A stretch of 64,000 nucleotides of DNA from Candidatus Aceula meridiana (lineage in GTDB: Bacteria > Omnitrophota > Gorgyraeia > Zapsychrales > Aceulaceae): assembly GCA_030765185.1 (NCBI GenBank), contig JAVCDE010000027.1, positions 46,132-110,131 of the forward strand, in the 5' to 3' direction. The position numbers and the translations under genes are program-made. Under the pieces are notes generated by a model. The model was given only the letters and a program-made list of their open reading frames with translations. It was not told the origin of the DNA and ran no database searches. Shown piece by piece: positions 39,316-49,664 of the stretch. How positions within the stretch are numbered: the stretch's first letter is position 1; the number at the start of each line of letters is the position of its first letter.

Positions 39316-40302
39316 ATGATCAAAAAAATCACCCGATTCTCACAAAGCCAAAACTTACTGAATCCCGGAATGAAAATTATTGTCGGAGTTTCCGGAGGTC
39401 CGGATTCAATAGCTCTATTACATGTTTTGAGCAAGCTACGCCACCGCCTTGGACTTAAAATTTATGTTGCACACTTTAATCATGGAATTCGAAGCGAAGC
39501 TGCGAAAGACCAGAATTTTGTAAAAACTTTTTCCAAACAACTCAATTTGTCGTTTTATTCAAAAAAAGAAAAAATTCAAAAAAAAAATAAATCCCTAGAG
39601 GAAAGAGCAAGAGAGGCCCGATTCGCTTTTTTATGTGCTCTCGCTAAGAAAACAAATGCCGATGCCATTGCCCTGGGTCACACGCAGAACGATCTCGCCG
39701 AGACAGTCCTCATGAGAATAATACGAGGAAGTGGTCTTTTGGGCTTACGCAGCATTCTCCCTAAGCGCATCATCAACAAAAACGCTATCATTCGTCCTCT
39801 TTTGTGTGTGAGTCGCACAGAAGTTAACAAATATCTAAAAAAACATAAGCTTAAATACTGTGTAGATAAAACAAATTCTCAGCAAGATTTCCTTCGCAAT
39901 AAAATCCGTCTAACCCTTATTCCCATTCTTGAAAAGAATTATAACCCAAATATCAAAGAAATTCTAATTTCCTTATCTCAAACATCATCTTTAGACTATG
40001 AATATTTAGAATTACAAGGGAGGAAAGCCTTCAAAAAACTTTCAAAAAACTCAGTAAAACTAAAGTCTGTTCACCTCAACCAAAAAAACTTTAAAAATCT
40101 TCACCCTGCTTTGCAACGCATTGTTGTTCGGTTGTCTATCGAAAACGTCCAAGGAAGCATGCGCCGCCTAACTCTGAAACACATTCTAGAAATTGAAAAG
40201 TTGCTCAAGGCTGACTCACCTTATGGTGTTGTTAGCTTGCCTCAAGGAGTAGAGGTTCTTAAAAAACATCAGGATCTCCTCATTCAAAAGAGTTCCCATT
40301 AA
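39316..40302 (+). CDS. tilS: tRNA(Ile)-lysidine synthetase
   Basis: 328 aa. PP-loop (IIVGVSGGPDSIALLHVL). TilS N-terminal domain motifs (VAHFNHGIR, ALGHTQNDLAETVLMRIIRG). Confidence 0.8.
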   Translation: MIKKITRFSQSQNLLNPGMKIIVGVSGGPDSIALLHVLSKLRHRLGLKIYVAHFNHGIRSEAAKDQNFVKTFSKQLNLSFYSKKEKIQKKNKSLEERAREARFAFLCALAKKTNADAIALGHTQNDLAETVLMRIIRGSGLLGLRSILPKRIINKNAIIRPLLCVSRTEVNKYLKKHKLKYCVDKTNSQQDFLRNKIRLTLIPILEKNYNPNIKEILISLSQTSSLDYEYLELQGRKAFKKLSKNSVKLKSVHLNQKNFKNLHPALQRIVVRLSIENVQGSMRRLTLKHILEIEKLLKADSPYGVVSLPQGVEVLKKHQDLLIQKSSH

Positions 40303-40383
40303 TTTTAAACCAACCCTTGATTAAATATTTAGAATCATTATAATATTTTATCTAATACTTATACTTAAGATAAAGAGGAGAAA

Positions 40384-42306
40384 ATGAGAAAGAAAATTCA
40401 GCCCAAACGAAACGACAAAAAAACCCCTGGCAAAAATTCTACTTCCAGCAGTAGCCTTTGGCTTTGGCTTGGAATTATTTTTGCAATATTGATTTTTATG
40501 AGCCAGTCCGAATTTAAGTCTGCTACCGCTCCAAAAGAATTGAGCTACAGCGAATTTTACACAATCCTTAAAGATAATCACGAAACTTCTCAAATCACCT
40601 CAATTGCAATGACAGAAAATCAAATTGAGGGAACGATGAACGATGGCTCACAATTTAAAGTTATTATTCCCGCAGACGATGAAGTTATCTTAGGGCTTAT
40701 TCGAGAGAATGTTTCTGATTTTAAAATCCTGATTCCCAACACGTTCTGGAGTAATCTTATTTTTTCTCTGGGTCCAATCCTTATTCTCATCTTATTCTTT
40801 TGGTTTTTATCCAACCGCGGGGCTCAGATGGGAAACCGCCTTTGGTCATTTAGCAAGTCTAAGGCCAAAATGACAGCCGGAAAGAACGGGAAGATCACTT
40901 TTTTAGATGTTGCGGGAGTCGATGAGGCAAAAGAAGAACTCCAAGAAGTTATTCAATTTCTTAAAGACCCTAAAAAGTTTGAAAGGCTTGGCGGAAAAAT
41001 TCCTAAAGGAGTCCTTTTAGTCGGACGCCCCGGAACTGGAAAAACACTTTTGGCTAAAGCTGTTGCCGGAGAAGCCGATGTCCCATTCTTCTCACTTAGT
41101 GGATCAGATTTTGTTGAAATGTTTGTCGGCGTAGGCGCTTCCCGTGTCCGTGATTTATTTGATCAAGCTCGTAAGGCATCAAAAACCGCCGGAAAAGGAG
41201 CTATTATTTTCATTGATGAAATTGATGCCGTAGGCCGTTTACGTTTTTCCGGAATCGGAGGGGGAAACGACGAAAGAGAACAAACCCTTAATGCTCTTCT
41301 CGTAGAGATGGATGGGTTTGATACCCATGGTGGTCTTATTGTTGTTGCAGCAACAAATCGTCCAGACACTCTGGACCCAGCCCTTCTTCGTCCAGGCCGT
41401 TTTGACCGCCAAATCGTTGTGCCGTTACCTGACATTACGGGACGCGAGGCAATTTTAAAAGTCCACACCAAAAATATCAAATTAGGAGATAATGTTGATT
41501 TACGTAAACTTGCCCAGCAGACTGTTTATTTCTCAGGAGCTGACTTAGCTAATGCCTGCAACGAAGCTGCGCTTCTAGCTGCGAGAAAAAATAAAGAATC
41601 TGTAGGACATGTTGAAATGCAAGAGGCCATTGAGCGCGTAACCATGGGGCCTGAGAAAAAAAGCCGCATTGTTTCCAAGAAAGATAAAGAGATTACTTCT
41701 TTTCATGAAGCAGGCCATGCATTATTGTCGCTCTTAGTCGAAGGGGCTGATCCTTTTACCAAGGTTTCCATTATTCCTAGAGGAATGGCCGGCGGATACA
41801 CGATTACACCCCCGATGGAAGACAAGCAAACTTGGGGAAGAAAAGAACTCATGGCAAAAATTATTGTTGCTTTAGGCGGCCGTGCGGCCGAAGATATCTT
41901 TTTGAAAGATATTACCACCGGCGCACAGAATGACCTTCAACAGGCCACTGCCATCGCTCGTGCTATGATTTGCGAATACGGCATGAGCAACAAGCTTGGA
42001 ACGCTTACCCTTGGACACCATCAAGGTCAAATATTCTTAGGGCGCGATATGGTTGAGCAGAAAAACTATAGCGAAGATACTGCAAAAGCTATTGACCAAG
42101 AAATTCGATTTCTAATCAGTAAATCTTATGTCAAGGCAAAAGAATTATTGTCAGATAACAAAGAAAAGATTGCAACTCTTGTCGATAGGCTTAAAGAAAG
42201 GGAAGTTCTCGATGTTGAAGAGGTTAGGCTCTTAATTGGTGTTGCCACCTTGGAAAAAAACCTAACTCCACCTAAAACGGATGATAATAATCATGCCGTC
42301 GGTTAG
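40384..42306 (+). CDS. ftsH: ATP-dependent zinc metalloprotease FtsH
   Basis: 640 aa. Two TM segments, AAA Walker A/B ([19 protein letters not shown]), SRH, HEAGHAL zinc motif. Confidence 0.95.
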   Translation: MRKKIQPKRNDKKTPGKNSTSSSSLWLWLGIIFAILIFMSQSEFKSATAPKELSYSEFYTILKDNHETSQITSIAMTENQIEGTMNDGSQFKVIIPADDEVILGLIRENVSDFKILIPNTFWSNLIFSLGPILILILFFWFLSNRGAQMGNRLWSFSKSKAKMTAGKNGKITFLDVAGVDEAKEELQEVIQFLKDPKKFERLGGKIPKGVLLVGRPGTGKTLLAKAVAGEADVPFFSLSGSDFVEMFVGVGASRVRDLFDQARKASKTAGKGAIIFIDEIDAVGRLRFSGIGGGNDEREQTLNALLVEMDGFDTHGGLIVVAATNRPDTLDPALLRPGRFDRQIVVPLPDITGREAILKVHTKNIKLGDNVDLRKLAQQTVYFSGADLANACNEAALLAARKNKESVGHVEMQEAIERVTMGPEKKSRIVSKKDKEITSFHEAGHALLSLLVEGADPFTKVSIIPRGMAGGYTITPPMEDKQTWGRKELMAKIIVALGGRAAEDIFLKDITTGAQNDLQQATAIARAMICEYGMSNKLGTLTLGHHQGQIFLGRDMVEQKNYSEDTAKAIDQEIRFLISKSYVKAKELLSDNKEKIATLVDRLKEREVLDVEEVRLLIGVATLEKNLTPPKTDDNNHAVG

Positions 42307-43189
42307 TTTTTCTCAAAGGAAAAAATTTACATTTCGCGCGCGAGACACCATGATTCTGCTTGGTCGACAAACAAAATTAATGGCGGTCTTAAACCTTACT
42401 CCGGATTCTTTTAGCCAAGATGGACTCCTAAGAAAAAAACTTTACGATACCTCTTATAAAGTAGCGTACGCTCAAAAATTAATTAAAGAGGGTGGAGACA
42501 TTGTCGATGTCGGTGGAGAATCAACGCGCCCGGAATCCAGAAGAGTGGCCATCAGCGAAGAACTAAAACGGACTATTCCAACCATTCGCCTTCTTGCAAA
42601 GAAGACAAAAATTCCAATCTCGATTGACACTTACAAGCCCGAAGTCGCCGAGCAAGCCCTTGATTCAGGAGCAAGCATTGTCAATAACATCAAGGGGACA
42701 AACCTTACAAAATCAATGCTACAAGTTATAAAAAAATACGATGCCGCTGTCATTCTCATGCACATTCACGGCAATCCTAAAACAATGCAAAAACATATTT
42801 TCTACAAAGATGTCGTTCAAGAAATTATCAATGCCTTACGAAAATCTATTGAAAAATGCTTGGAAAGCGGAATCAAATCAGATAAAATCATAATAGACCC
42901 AGGAATTGGATTCGGAAAAACTGTTGAACACAACCTTAAAATTATTAGACATTTATCCGATCTAAAAATTCTCAAAAAACCTATTTTGATTGGAGCATCA
43001 CGAAAATCTTTTATAGGAAAAATTCTTCAAAAGGATGTTTCGGGAAGAATAATGGGGACTGCTGCTTCTGTATGCGCCGCGATTTTTAATGGTGCGCATA
43101 TTATCCGCATTCATGATGTTAAAAAAATGAAAGAAGCAGCTACAATGGCAGACGCTTTTTTAAGCATTAATGAAAATAAGATGGTTTAA
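42281..43189 (+). CDS. folP: Dihydropteroate synthase
   Basis: DHPS motifs (LNLTPDSFSQDG, DIVDVGGESTRP, GASRKSF). True start is probably an internal ATG (42293 or 42350), since the track ORF overlaps the ftsH end. Confidence 0.85.
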   Translation: MIIIMPSVSFSQRKKFTFRARDTMILLGRQTKLMAVLNLTPDSFSQDGLLRKKLYDTSYKVAYAQKLIKEGGDIVDVGGESTRPESRRVAISEELKRTIPTIRLLAKKTKIPISIDTYKPEVAEQALDSGASIVNNIKGTNLTKSMLQVIKKYDAAVILMHIHGNPKTMQKHIFYKDVVQEIINALRKSIEKCLESGIKSDKIIIDPGIGFGKTVEHNLKIIRHLSDLKILKKPILIGASRKSFIGKILQKDVSGRIMGTAASVCAAIFNGAHIIRIHDVKKMKEAATMADAFLSINENKMV

Positions 43190-43191
43190 AA

Positions 43192-43965
43192 ATGATCGAA
43201 ACAATTTTAAATATTTGGAATTTTATCAAACCAGAAGTTGAGATTGCTGTTCTTTGGTATGTCTTTTATCAAATTCTTGTTTTTTTCGAAGGAACACGCG
43301 CATTCCAAGTTTTTAAAGGCTTTGTCTATCTTTTAGTTGCTTTTTTACTATCCCAGATGTTAGAGCTAACAACACTTAATTGGTTGTTAAGGAATTTCTT
43401 TGCCATATCCATTATCGCTGTCCTCATTATTTTTCAACAGGAGCTTCGCCAAGGATTAGCCCGCCTAGGACAACAACACCTTTTCAATTTAAGCCTTGAA
43501 GAATCCGAACTTTTAGCTGTTATTAAAGAAATTATAACCGCCGCCCATAAATTGGCGCGCCGAAAAATTGGCTGTATCATAGCTATTGAGCGAGATGCGA
43601 AATTAAAAACGTATGTTGAAAGTGGCGTTGCTTTAGACGCAAAAGTTTCTGCAGAGCTTATTCAAAGCATTTTCATGCCAACAACACCCCTACATGATGG
43701 CGGCATTGTTATTAATAATGAGCGCATCTTAGCTGCTGCATGCTTGTTTCCATTATCCGAAAATGCAAATTTAAGTAAAATCATCGGAACGCGCCATCGA
43801 GCTGCTCTGGGTATCACAGAACAAACCGATGCTATCGCGATTATTGTTTCAGAAGAAACAGGGAATATCTCTGTTGCCGCTGATGGCCGATTTATTCCGG
43901 TTGTAAACAAAGAACGCTTTTCGAGTATCTTAAAAAATCTTTTATTTAAGCAAAGCAAAAAATAA
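43192..43965 (+). CDS. cdaA: Diadenylate cyclase CdaA (c-di-AMP synthase)
   Basis: 257 aa. Three N-terminal TM helices and a DAC domain (LHDGGIVI...GTRHRAALGITEQTDA). Confidence 0.8.
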   Translation: MIETILNIWNFIKPEVEIAVLWYVFYQILVFFEGTRAFQVFKGFVYLLVAFLLSQMLELTTLNWLLRNFFAISIIAVLIIFQQELRQGLARLGQQHLFNLSLEESELLAVIKEIITAAHKLARRKIGCIIAIERDAKLKTYVESGVALDAKVSAELIQSIFMPTTPLHDGGIVINNERILAAACLFPLSENANLSKIIGTRHRAALGITEQTDAIAIIVSEETGNISVAADGRFIPVVNKERFSSILKNLLFKQSKK

Positions 43966-44066
43966 TGAAAAAGTGGCTTACACATAACCTAGCCTTAAAA
44001 ATCATTGCCCTTGGGCTTGCTATTGTTACGTGGATGTACGTACACGGGGCCCTAATCCACAGCTAA
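43965..44066 (+). pseudogene. Truncated cdaR (ybbR)-like remnant, only the N-terminal TM anchor (33 codons)
   Basis: ATG overlaps the cdaA stop (TAATG). Encodes MKKWLTHNLALKIIALGLAIVTWMYVHGALIHS, which resembles the N-terminal anchor of CdaR/YbbR proteins (MxKFLxNxWAxKIIAL...). It stops before any YbbR domain. Confidence 0.35.
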
Positions 44067-44086
44067 TATCTTTAATAATTATCATC

Positions 44087-44806
44087 ATGCCAAAATTAGG
44101 AATTAACGTTGACCATGTTGCCACTGTTCGCCAGGCAAGAGAAGGATTCACGCCTGACCCTGTTTTGGCTGCAAAAATTTGTGAAGAGGCAGGGGCCCAT
44201 AGCATTGTGGCCCATCTTCGAGAAGACCGACGCCATATTCATGATCGCGATATCCAAAAACTTAAGAAAACTGTCAAGACACGCCTGAACCTAGAAATGT
44301 CCTTAAACAAGGATATTGTTGCTGTTGCCATAAAAATTAAACCCTACCAGGCAACACTTGTTCCTGAAAAACGACAAGAACTGACCACCGAAGGCGGCCT
44401 TGATGTTATTAAGAATTTTACAAAAATAAAACGTGTTACAAAAATTCTTTCTCAAAAAGGCATTCTCGTTAGCCTTTTTATTGATCCTCAAAAAAATCAA
44501 ATTATCGCCGCAAAGAGATCTGGCGCTAAATCAATTGAACTTCACACAGGTTGCTATGCTAATGCGCAAACACCTGTCGCCCTTAAAAAAGAATTTAAAA
44601 AAATAAAAAACGCTGTAAAAATCGGAAATAAATTAGGACTAGTGGTTAATGCAGGCCATGGCCTTAATTATAAAAACACGCAAACACTCGCAAAAATAGC
44701 TGGTATTGCGGAGTTGAATATTGGCCACTCAATTATTTCGCAGGCTATTTTTGTCGGGCTTAAGAAAGCCGTAAAAGATATGCTCAAACTTTGCAAACAA
44801 AAATGA
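44087..44806 (+). CDS. pdxJ: Pyridoxine 5'-phosphate synthase
   Basis: MPKLGINVDHVATVRQAR... is a canonical PdxJ N-terminus. ATG at 44087. The track ORF uses an upstream GTG that adds a non-conserved extension. Confidence 0.9.
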   Translation: MPKLGINVDHVATVRQAREGFTPDPVLAAKICEEAGAHSIVAHLREDRRHIHDRDIQKLKKTVKTRLNLEMSLNKDIVAVAIKIKPYQATLVPEKRQELTTEGGLDVIKNFTKIKRVTKILSQKGILVSLFIDPQKNQIIAAKRSGAKSIELHTGCYANAQTPVALKKEFKKIKNAVKIGNKLGLVVNAGHGLNYKNTQTLAKIAGIAELNIGHSIISQAIFVGLKKAVKDMLKLCKQK

Positions 44807-45153
44807 TTTTAGGACACGGAATAGATATCATTGAAGTTAGCCGCATCTCAAAAGCCATTGAGCGTTGGGGCGATGACTTTTTGCGACATGTTTTTACAGA
44901 TCAGGAAATTGCGTATTCAAAAAAACGCCGTTATCCCAATCAACATTTTGCTGCACGTTTTGCGGCAAAAGAAGCTGTTTTAAAAGCTATCGGGGAAAAC
45001 GCCCATATTAGCTGGACAGATATTGAAGTTATTAACCAGCATAATGGCAAGCCAACATGCTTATTTCACGAAAAAGAATTTGATAAGAAAATTTTTATTT
45101 CGATGTCGCACACAGAAAATTATGCAGTTGCCAGCGCCGTTATTACGACGTAA
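44803..45153 (+). CDS. acpS: Holo-[acyl-carrier-protein] synthase
   Basis: MILGHGIDIIEV...FAAKEAVLKA is an AcpS family sequence. ATG overlaps the pdxJ TGA. Confidence 0.8.
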   Translation: MILGHGIDIIEVSRISKAIERWGDDFLRHVFTDQEIAYSKKRRYPNQHFAARFAAKEAVLKAIGENAHISWTDIEVINQHNGKPTCLFHEKEFDKKIFISMSHTENYAVASAVITT

Positions 45154-45985
45154 TCCACACTCCCATAAAAATACATTTGGCCATGTTTTGGTTATTGCTG
45201 GCTCCAAAAGCATGCTTGGAGCCGGAGCATTAAGCAGCTTAGCTGCAATGCGGTCAGGAGCTGGCCTAGTTACTCTAGGCGTTCCCCAAAGCTTAAATAT
45301 TGCTGCGCAAAAAAAAATCTCTTCCGTTGTCATGACTTGGCCACTACCTGAGACAAAAGAGCAAAGTTTTTCCTTGGCATCCTTTCAGAAAATCGAAAAA
45401 AAGTTATCAAAATTTCAAGCTCTTACTATTGGTCCCGGATTATCTCAAAATCCATCAACTCAAAAACTCATCCGTAAAATAATCTCAGAATTAAAAATTC
45501 CAATGATTATTGATGCGGATGCTCTTAATGCGCTTTCAAAAAATACTTCGTCACTTATCAAAATTAAAGAAATGAAAATACTGACTCCCCACCTAGGAGA
45601 AATGGCGCGTTTGACAGGGCTTTCAAAAAAACATATTGAAGCTAACAAGCTAAAAGTTGCAAAAAACTTTGCCAAAAAATATCATTGCATACTTCTTCTT
45701 AAGGGCCACCGCACCGTTGTTGTCGCGCCTGATGGAAAAATTTACGTTAACAAAACTGGAAATGTTGGCCTTGCAACAGCCGGAAGCGGCGATGTCTTAA
45801 CCGGAATTATTGCGGCGTTCTTAGCGCAAGGCCTGTCCGGCTTTAATGCCGCAAGATGGGGAGCCTATGTTCACGGAAAAGCAGGGGACATTGCAGCAAA
45901 AGAAAAAGGGAGGGCCTCTCTTATCGCCACAGACATTATTGAAAACATATCAGCAGTCCTAAAAGATAGAAAGCCAAGAACATAA
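45122..45985 (+). CDS. nnr: ADP-dependent NAD(P)H-hydrate dehydratase (YjeF C-terminal/Nnr domain)
   Basis: HKNTFGHVLVIAGSKSMLGAGALSS... and GSGDVLTGIIAAFLAQG motifs. The sequence upstream of 45122 in this frame is acpS read out of frame. Confidence 0.75.
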   Translation: MQLPAPLLRRNPHSHKNTFGHVLVIAGSKSMLGAGALSSLAAMRSGAGLVTLGVPQSLNIAAQKKISSVVMTWPLPETKEQSFSLASFQKIEKKLSKFQALTIGPGLSQNPSTQKLIRKIISELKIPMIIDADALNALSKNTSSLIKIKEMKILTPHLGEMARLTGLSKKHIEANKLKVAKNFAKKYHCILLLKGHRTVVVAPDGKIYVNKTGNVGLATAGSGDVLTGIIAAFLAQGLSGFNAARWGAYVHGKAGDIAAKEKGRASLIATDIIENISAVLKDRKPRT

Positions 45986-46002
45986 GTGCCTTACCTGACA
46001 AC

Positions 46003-47871
46003 ATGCAAATAAAACAAACACGAAAATATGAATATCTGGTGTGGTCTTGTATTGCAATCTATGCTATTGCTTTTTTCTCATGCTCAGCTTTACGTTTTTT
46101 TGCTTTTGATTATTATGATATGGATTTTGCAGTCTACGCCCAAATCATATGGAATATTTTACATGGTTCTCTAAACAGTTCCGTCTTAGGCATAAATTTT
46201 ATCGGTCATCACGTTCATCTTATTGCCTTTCCAGTGGCCCTTATATACAAAATCATTCCGCACCCCTTAACGCTTTTATTCCTTCAAACTTTAGTTCTAG
46301 CTCTAGGAGCATACCCACTATATTTGATTGGACGCCACGCGATTGGTCCACGCCTAGCATTTGCAGTAAGTGCTACATATCTACTATATCCTAGTCTAGG
46401 ATATATGAATCTTTACGAATTCCATTTTACGCCATTTGCAACCTTGGCGCTTTTTTATATGATATATTTCTTTATTGAGAGAAAATATTTATTATTTATC
46501 ATATCAACAATATCGGCTCTTATTTGCCAAGAAAATATATCTTTAGCGGTGCTTGCCTTTGGAATTTATGCATTATTTTTACGAAGATCTCCTCGATGGT
46601 GGCTTTTTTTAATGATGGCAGGGATAGCTTATTTCTTGCTATGTGCAAAAATCATTCTCCCAGCACTAAATCCTGACACAATTCAATTTATGTCAATCTA
46701 TAAACATTTAGGGGGAAGCTACGTAGAAATAATTTACAACATATTTACTCACCCTAAAGCTGTTTTTCTCTACATGAGCACTCCTGAAAAAATATACTGG
46801 CTTACTCAATTATTTGGACCATTATTTTATCTTCCCCTGGCAAGTCCAGGATACTTAATTCCATCTATTCCTTTTTTTATGCAACATCTCCTTTCTAGTC
46901 GTCCTCAAGAAATCGACATCCATCTTCATTACACAGCGGAATTAATACCTTTTATTTTCGTATCATTTATTTTCGGTATTAAGAAATTGATTTCCACTCG
47001 AATATTTTTAAAAAGAGAGCTCTCCCTGATGTGGATAATTTTAGCTTTTTCTATTTTTAATGCAGTTGCCGCAGGACCGCATTTTCGTCTATTCAAAAAA
47101 AGCTCTATTGTGCAAAATTATCATGATAATATAAAATCAAAACTCCTTCGAAAGATCCCAAAAGATGCGGCGGTCTTGGCAACATTTGAATTTATGCCTT
47201 CCTTGAGCAATAGGAAAAATTTATTCTCTTTTCATCATGTTTTAAGAGGCTACTACACTCTTTCAAATAAACCCTACAAGCTGCCAAGAAAAATTGATTA
47301 TGCTTTAATTGATTTCAACGATCCTTTGACGCTTGGATCTTTCTATTCTCCGCAACAATATAAAAACATTCAAGCTCTTATCGAAGAACAAAATTTAGTA
47401 GCTATTGAGATAAGAAATAATTTTGTTTTATTTAAAAAAGGAGGCGTCAAGGGAAAGCCTCTCTATAAAGCCTCCCAAAAAAATTCGATCTCTTCAGGAA
47501 AGAAAGGTACTATTATTGACGGCACCCTAAAACTAAATGGAATTAAAGCAATAAACAAAGGGGACACTGTCGAAGCTATTTTTGATTGGACCGCACTAGA
47601 AAAAACATCAAAGGATATCGGAATCTTTTTTAAATTTAGCGATGCCTTAGGAGATCTCGTTGACCAAACAACAAGTCAAATTTGCTACAGAATTTATCCA
47701 ACTCAGGCATGGAAAAAAGGCGAACATATTTCTGACTATAAATATCTAGTTATTCCCCCTATTCTAAAAGGAAAACCATATGATATACTCATAGGGTTCT
47801 ATGATTTTAAAACCAAAAGGATATTGAAGTCGGGAATCCCTCTCGAAATTTCAAAAGAAAGCAATTTATGA
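46003..47871 (+). CDS. DUF2079-family polytopic membrane protein (GT-C-fold glycosyltransferase-like) with a C-terminal extracytoplasmic domain
   Basis: 622 aa. About 11 TM helices in the first 390 aa. Acidic first-loop motif (FDYYDMDFAVYAQIIWNILHGS). Conserved GHHVHLIAFPVALIY...PLTLLFLQTLVLALGAYPLYLIGR block recalled for DUF2079. About 230-aa soluble C-terminal domain. Confidence 0.55.
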   Translation: MQIKQTRKYEYLVWSCIAIYAIAFFSCSALRFFAFDYYDMDFAVYAQIIWNILHGSLNSSVLGINFIGHHVHLIAFPVALIYKIIPHPLTLLFLQTLVLALGAYPLYLIGRHAIGPRLAFAVSATYLLYPSLGYMNLYEFHFTPFATLALFYMIYFFIERKYLLFIISTISALICQENISLAVLAFGIYALFLRRSPRWWLFLMMAGIAYFLLCAKIILPALNPDTIQFMSIYKHLGGSYVEIIYNIFTHPKAVFLYMSTPEKIYWLTQLFGPLFYLPLASPGYLIPSIPFFMQHLLSSRPQEIDIHLHYTAELIPFIFVSFIFGIKKLISTRIFLKRELSLMWIILAFSIFNAVAAGPHFRLFKKSSIVQNYHDNIKSKLLRKIPKDAAVLATFEFMPSLSNRKNLFSFHHVLRGYYTLSNKPYKLPRKIDYALIDFNDPLTLGSFYSPQQYKNIQALIEEQNLVAIEIRNNFVLFKKGGVKGKPLYKASQKNSISSGKKGTIIDGTLKLNGIKAINKGDTVEAIFDWTALEKTSKDIGIFFKFSDALGDLVDQTTSQICYRIYPTQAWKKGEHISDYKYLVIPPILKGKPYDILIGFYDFKTKRILKSGIPLEISKESNL

Positions 47872-49553
47872 TAAACGAAACAAAATGCCATCTGTGTGGA
47901 AGCTCCTCCTATCGAGTTAAGTACGGTTCATCTAAAACCATAAAAGACTTTACGCAAGCAGGCTATAAAATAACAGACCATTCGACAGATGGGCCCATAA
48001 GAATTATTTCTTGCCTTAGGTGTGGGTTATCCTTTCTTAATCCGAAGCTAGACAACCAAACCATTTTGGACAACTATGCCTCGATGACTGATGAAAAATA
48101 TATCGAAGAGGAGGAGGGGCGCAGAAAATCAGCTCGCTCCGTCTTAAATTATTTAAAAAAATTTAAAAACCCAGGGCGTCTCCTTGATGTAGGCTGCGCC
48201 TCAGGATTTCTTTTAGATGAAGCAAAAAAGCTAGGCTGGGAGGTCTACGGAGTAGAGCTTTCTCAGTGGGCCGCCAAATACGCCCATGGCAAATTACAAC
48301 TAAACAATGTTATTCAAGGAACTTTAAAAGAAGCGAATTTCCAGAATAATTTCTTTGACGCAGTTTTAATGATCGATGTGATTGAGCATCTTTCTAATCC
48401 AAAAGCGATGCTCTATAGAATACGACAACTTTTAAAACCTTCCGGAGTCCTATGCTGCAGCACCCCCGACATTGATAGCACTGTCAGCAAAATATTAAAA
48501 GCAAAATGGTGGGGAATAAAGCAATCCCATTTATATTATTTTAATAAATCAACACTTAGCAAACTTCTTGTTTCAACGGGATTTTTCCCAATGAAAATAC
48601 GTTCTCATGCAAGAACCTTCTCCCTAGGATACTGGTTCTCAAACCTATCTTCCTACACCTCATTCTTAAAATTTATAAATCCTTTTCTTAAAAAGAATCC
48701 AAAACTAAAATCAAGACTTTTGAGTCTCTCCCTAGGAGATCAAATCGAAATATTTGCTCGCAAAAGCCGCCAAATAAAATACCTTCCAGAGTTAGAAATG
48801 ACAGAGCCACAAGCAATAAAAGGAGAGAAGAAAAAAATTGTTGCTGTCCTTCCGGCATATAACGCAGAAGAAACTTTAAAAATAACAGTAGGCGATATCC
48901 CTAGAGATACGATAGATGATATCATCCTTGTAGACGATGCCAGTAAAGATAATACCGTTGCAATGGCTCGTCAGCTAGGGCTTCACGTCTTTCGACATAA
49001 TAAAAATAAAGGATATGGAGGAAATCAGAAAACCTGCTATCGGAAAGCTCTGGAAATGGGAGCAGATATCATAATCATGGTGCATCCTGACTACCAATAC
49101 GATCCAAAAGCTATTCCAAGGCTCATAGAGCCTTTGATAAAAGGAAAAGCTGATGCTGTTTTTGGTTCTCGAATGATGAAGGGAAGCGCCCTCGAAGGTG
49201 GCATGCCCATGTGGAAGCATAGTGCAAACATTCTATTAACAGCGCTTGAAAATGTAACGCTTGGAATATATTTAACAGAATATCATACAGGATTAAGAGC
49301 TTATAGCAAAAAATACCTAGAAAATATAAATTTTGAAGCTAACTCAAATAATTTTGTTTTTGATACAGAAATTATTGTTCAAGGTGCTTTAAAATTTATG
49401 CGTCTTGAAGAGGTTCCCATTAAAACAAGATATTTTGATGAAGCTTCGTCTATACAGCTGTGGCCCTGCATTGTCTATGGACTGGGAATATTAAAAACAC
49501 TATTGAAAGTTATTATTCATAGAACTATTTTTCGCTTTAAACAGTTTGAATAA
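47868..49553 (+). CDS. Zn-ribbon + class I SAM-dependent methyltransferase + family-2 glycosyltransferase (DPM1/GtrB-like) fusion protein
   Basis: N-terminal CxxC...CxxC. SAM motif LLDVGCASGFLLDEA...VIEHL. C-terminal GT2 (VLPAYNAEETL...VDDASKDNT...HPDYQYDP...GSRMM) with two C-terminal TM helices typical of polyprenyl-phosphate sugar synthases. Confidence 0.7.
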   Translation: MINETKCHLCGSSSYRVKYGSSKTIKDFTQAGYKITDHSTDGPIRIISCLRCGLSFLNPKLDNQTILDNYASMTDEKYIEEEEGRRKSARSVLNYLKKFKNPGRLLDVGCASGFLLDEAKKLGWEVYGVELSQWAAKYAHGKLQLNNVIQGTLKEANFQNNFFDAVLMIDVIEHLSNPKAMLYRIRQLLKPSGVLCCSTPDIDSTVSKILKAKWWGIKQSHLYYFNKSTLSKLLVSTGFFPMKIRSHARTFSLGYWFSNLSSYTSFLKFINPFLKKNPKLKSRLLSLSLGDQIEIFARKSRQIKYLPELEMTEPQAIKGEKKKIVAVLPAYNAEETLKITVGDIPRDTIDDIILVDDASKDNTVAMARQLGLHVFRHNKNKGYGGNQKTCYRKALEMGADIIIMVHPDYQYDPKAIPRLIEPLIKGKADAVFGSRMMKGSALEGGMPMWKHSANILLTALENVTLGIYLTEYHTGLRAYSKKYLENINFEANSNNFVFDTEIIVQGALKFMRLEEVPIKTRYFDEASSIQLWPCIVYGLGILKTLLKVIIHRTIFRFKQFE

Positions 49554-49621
49554 AGAAATTCTTAAAAACAACAGCAAGCACATAAACTATTTTAATATTC
49601 TTCGCGCTGAATAATAAAGAA

Positions 49622-49630
49622 TGATATACT
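49622..49630 (+). promoter_or_regulatory. Extended -10 promoter (TGaTATACT) for the pilin gene 49665
   Basis: AATGaTATACTTatatTAAGTAAA is near-identical to the element upstream of the 9495 pilin gene (AATGcTATACTTTAAGTAAG). Confidence 0.4.
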
Positions 49631-49664
49631 TATATTAAGTAAATTATTAAAGAAGGAGTGTAGA

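Noticed and set aside
44030-44086. Upstream GTG-initiated extension of pdxJ (MDVRTRGPNPQLISLIIII...)
   Set aside because: PdxJ homologues begin at the MPKLGINVDH motif. The extension overlaps the cdaR-stub ORF in another frame and is not conserved in character.
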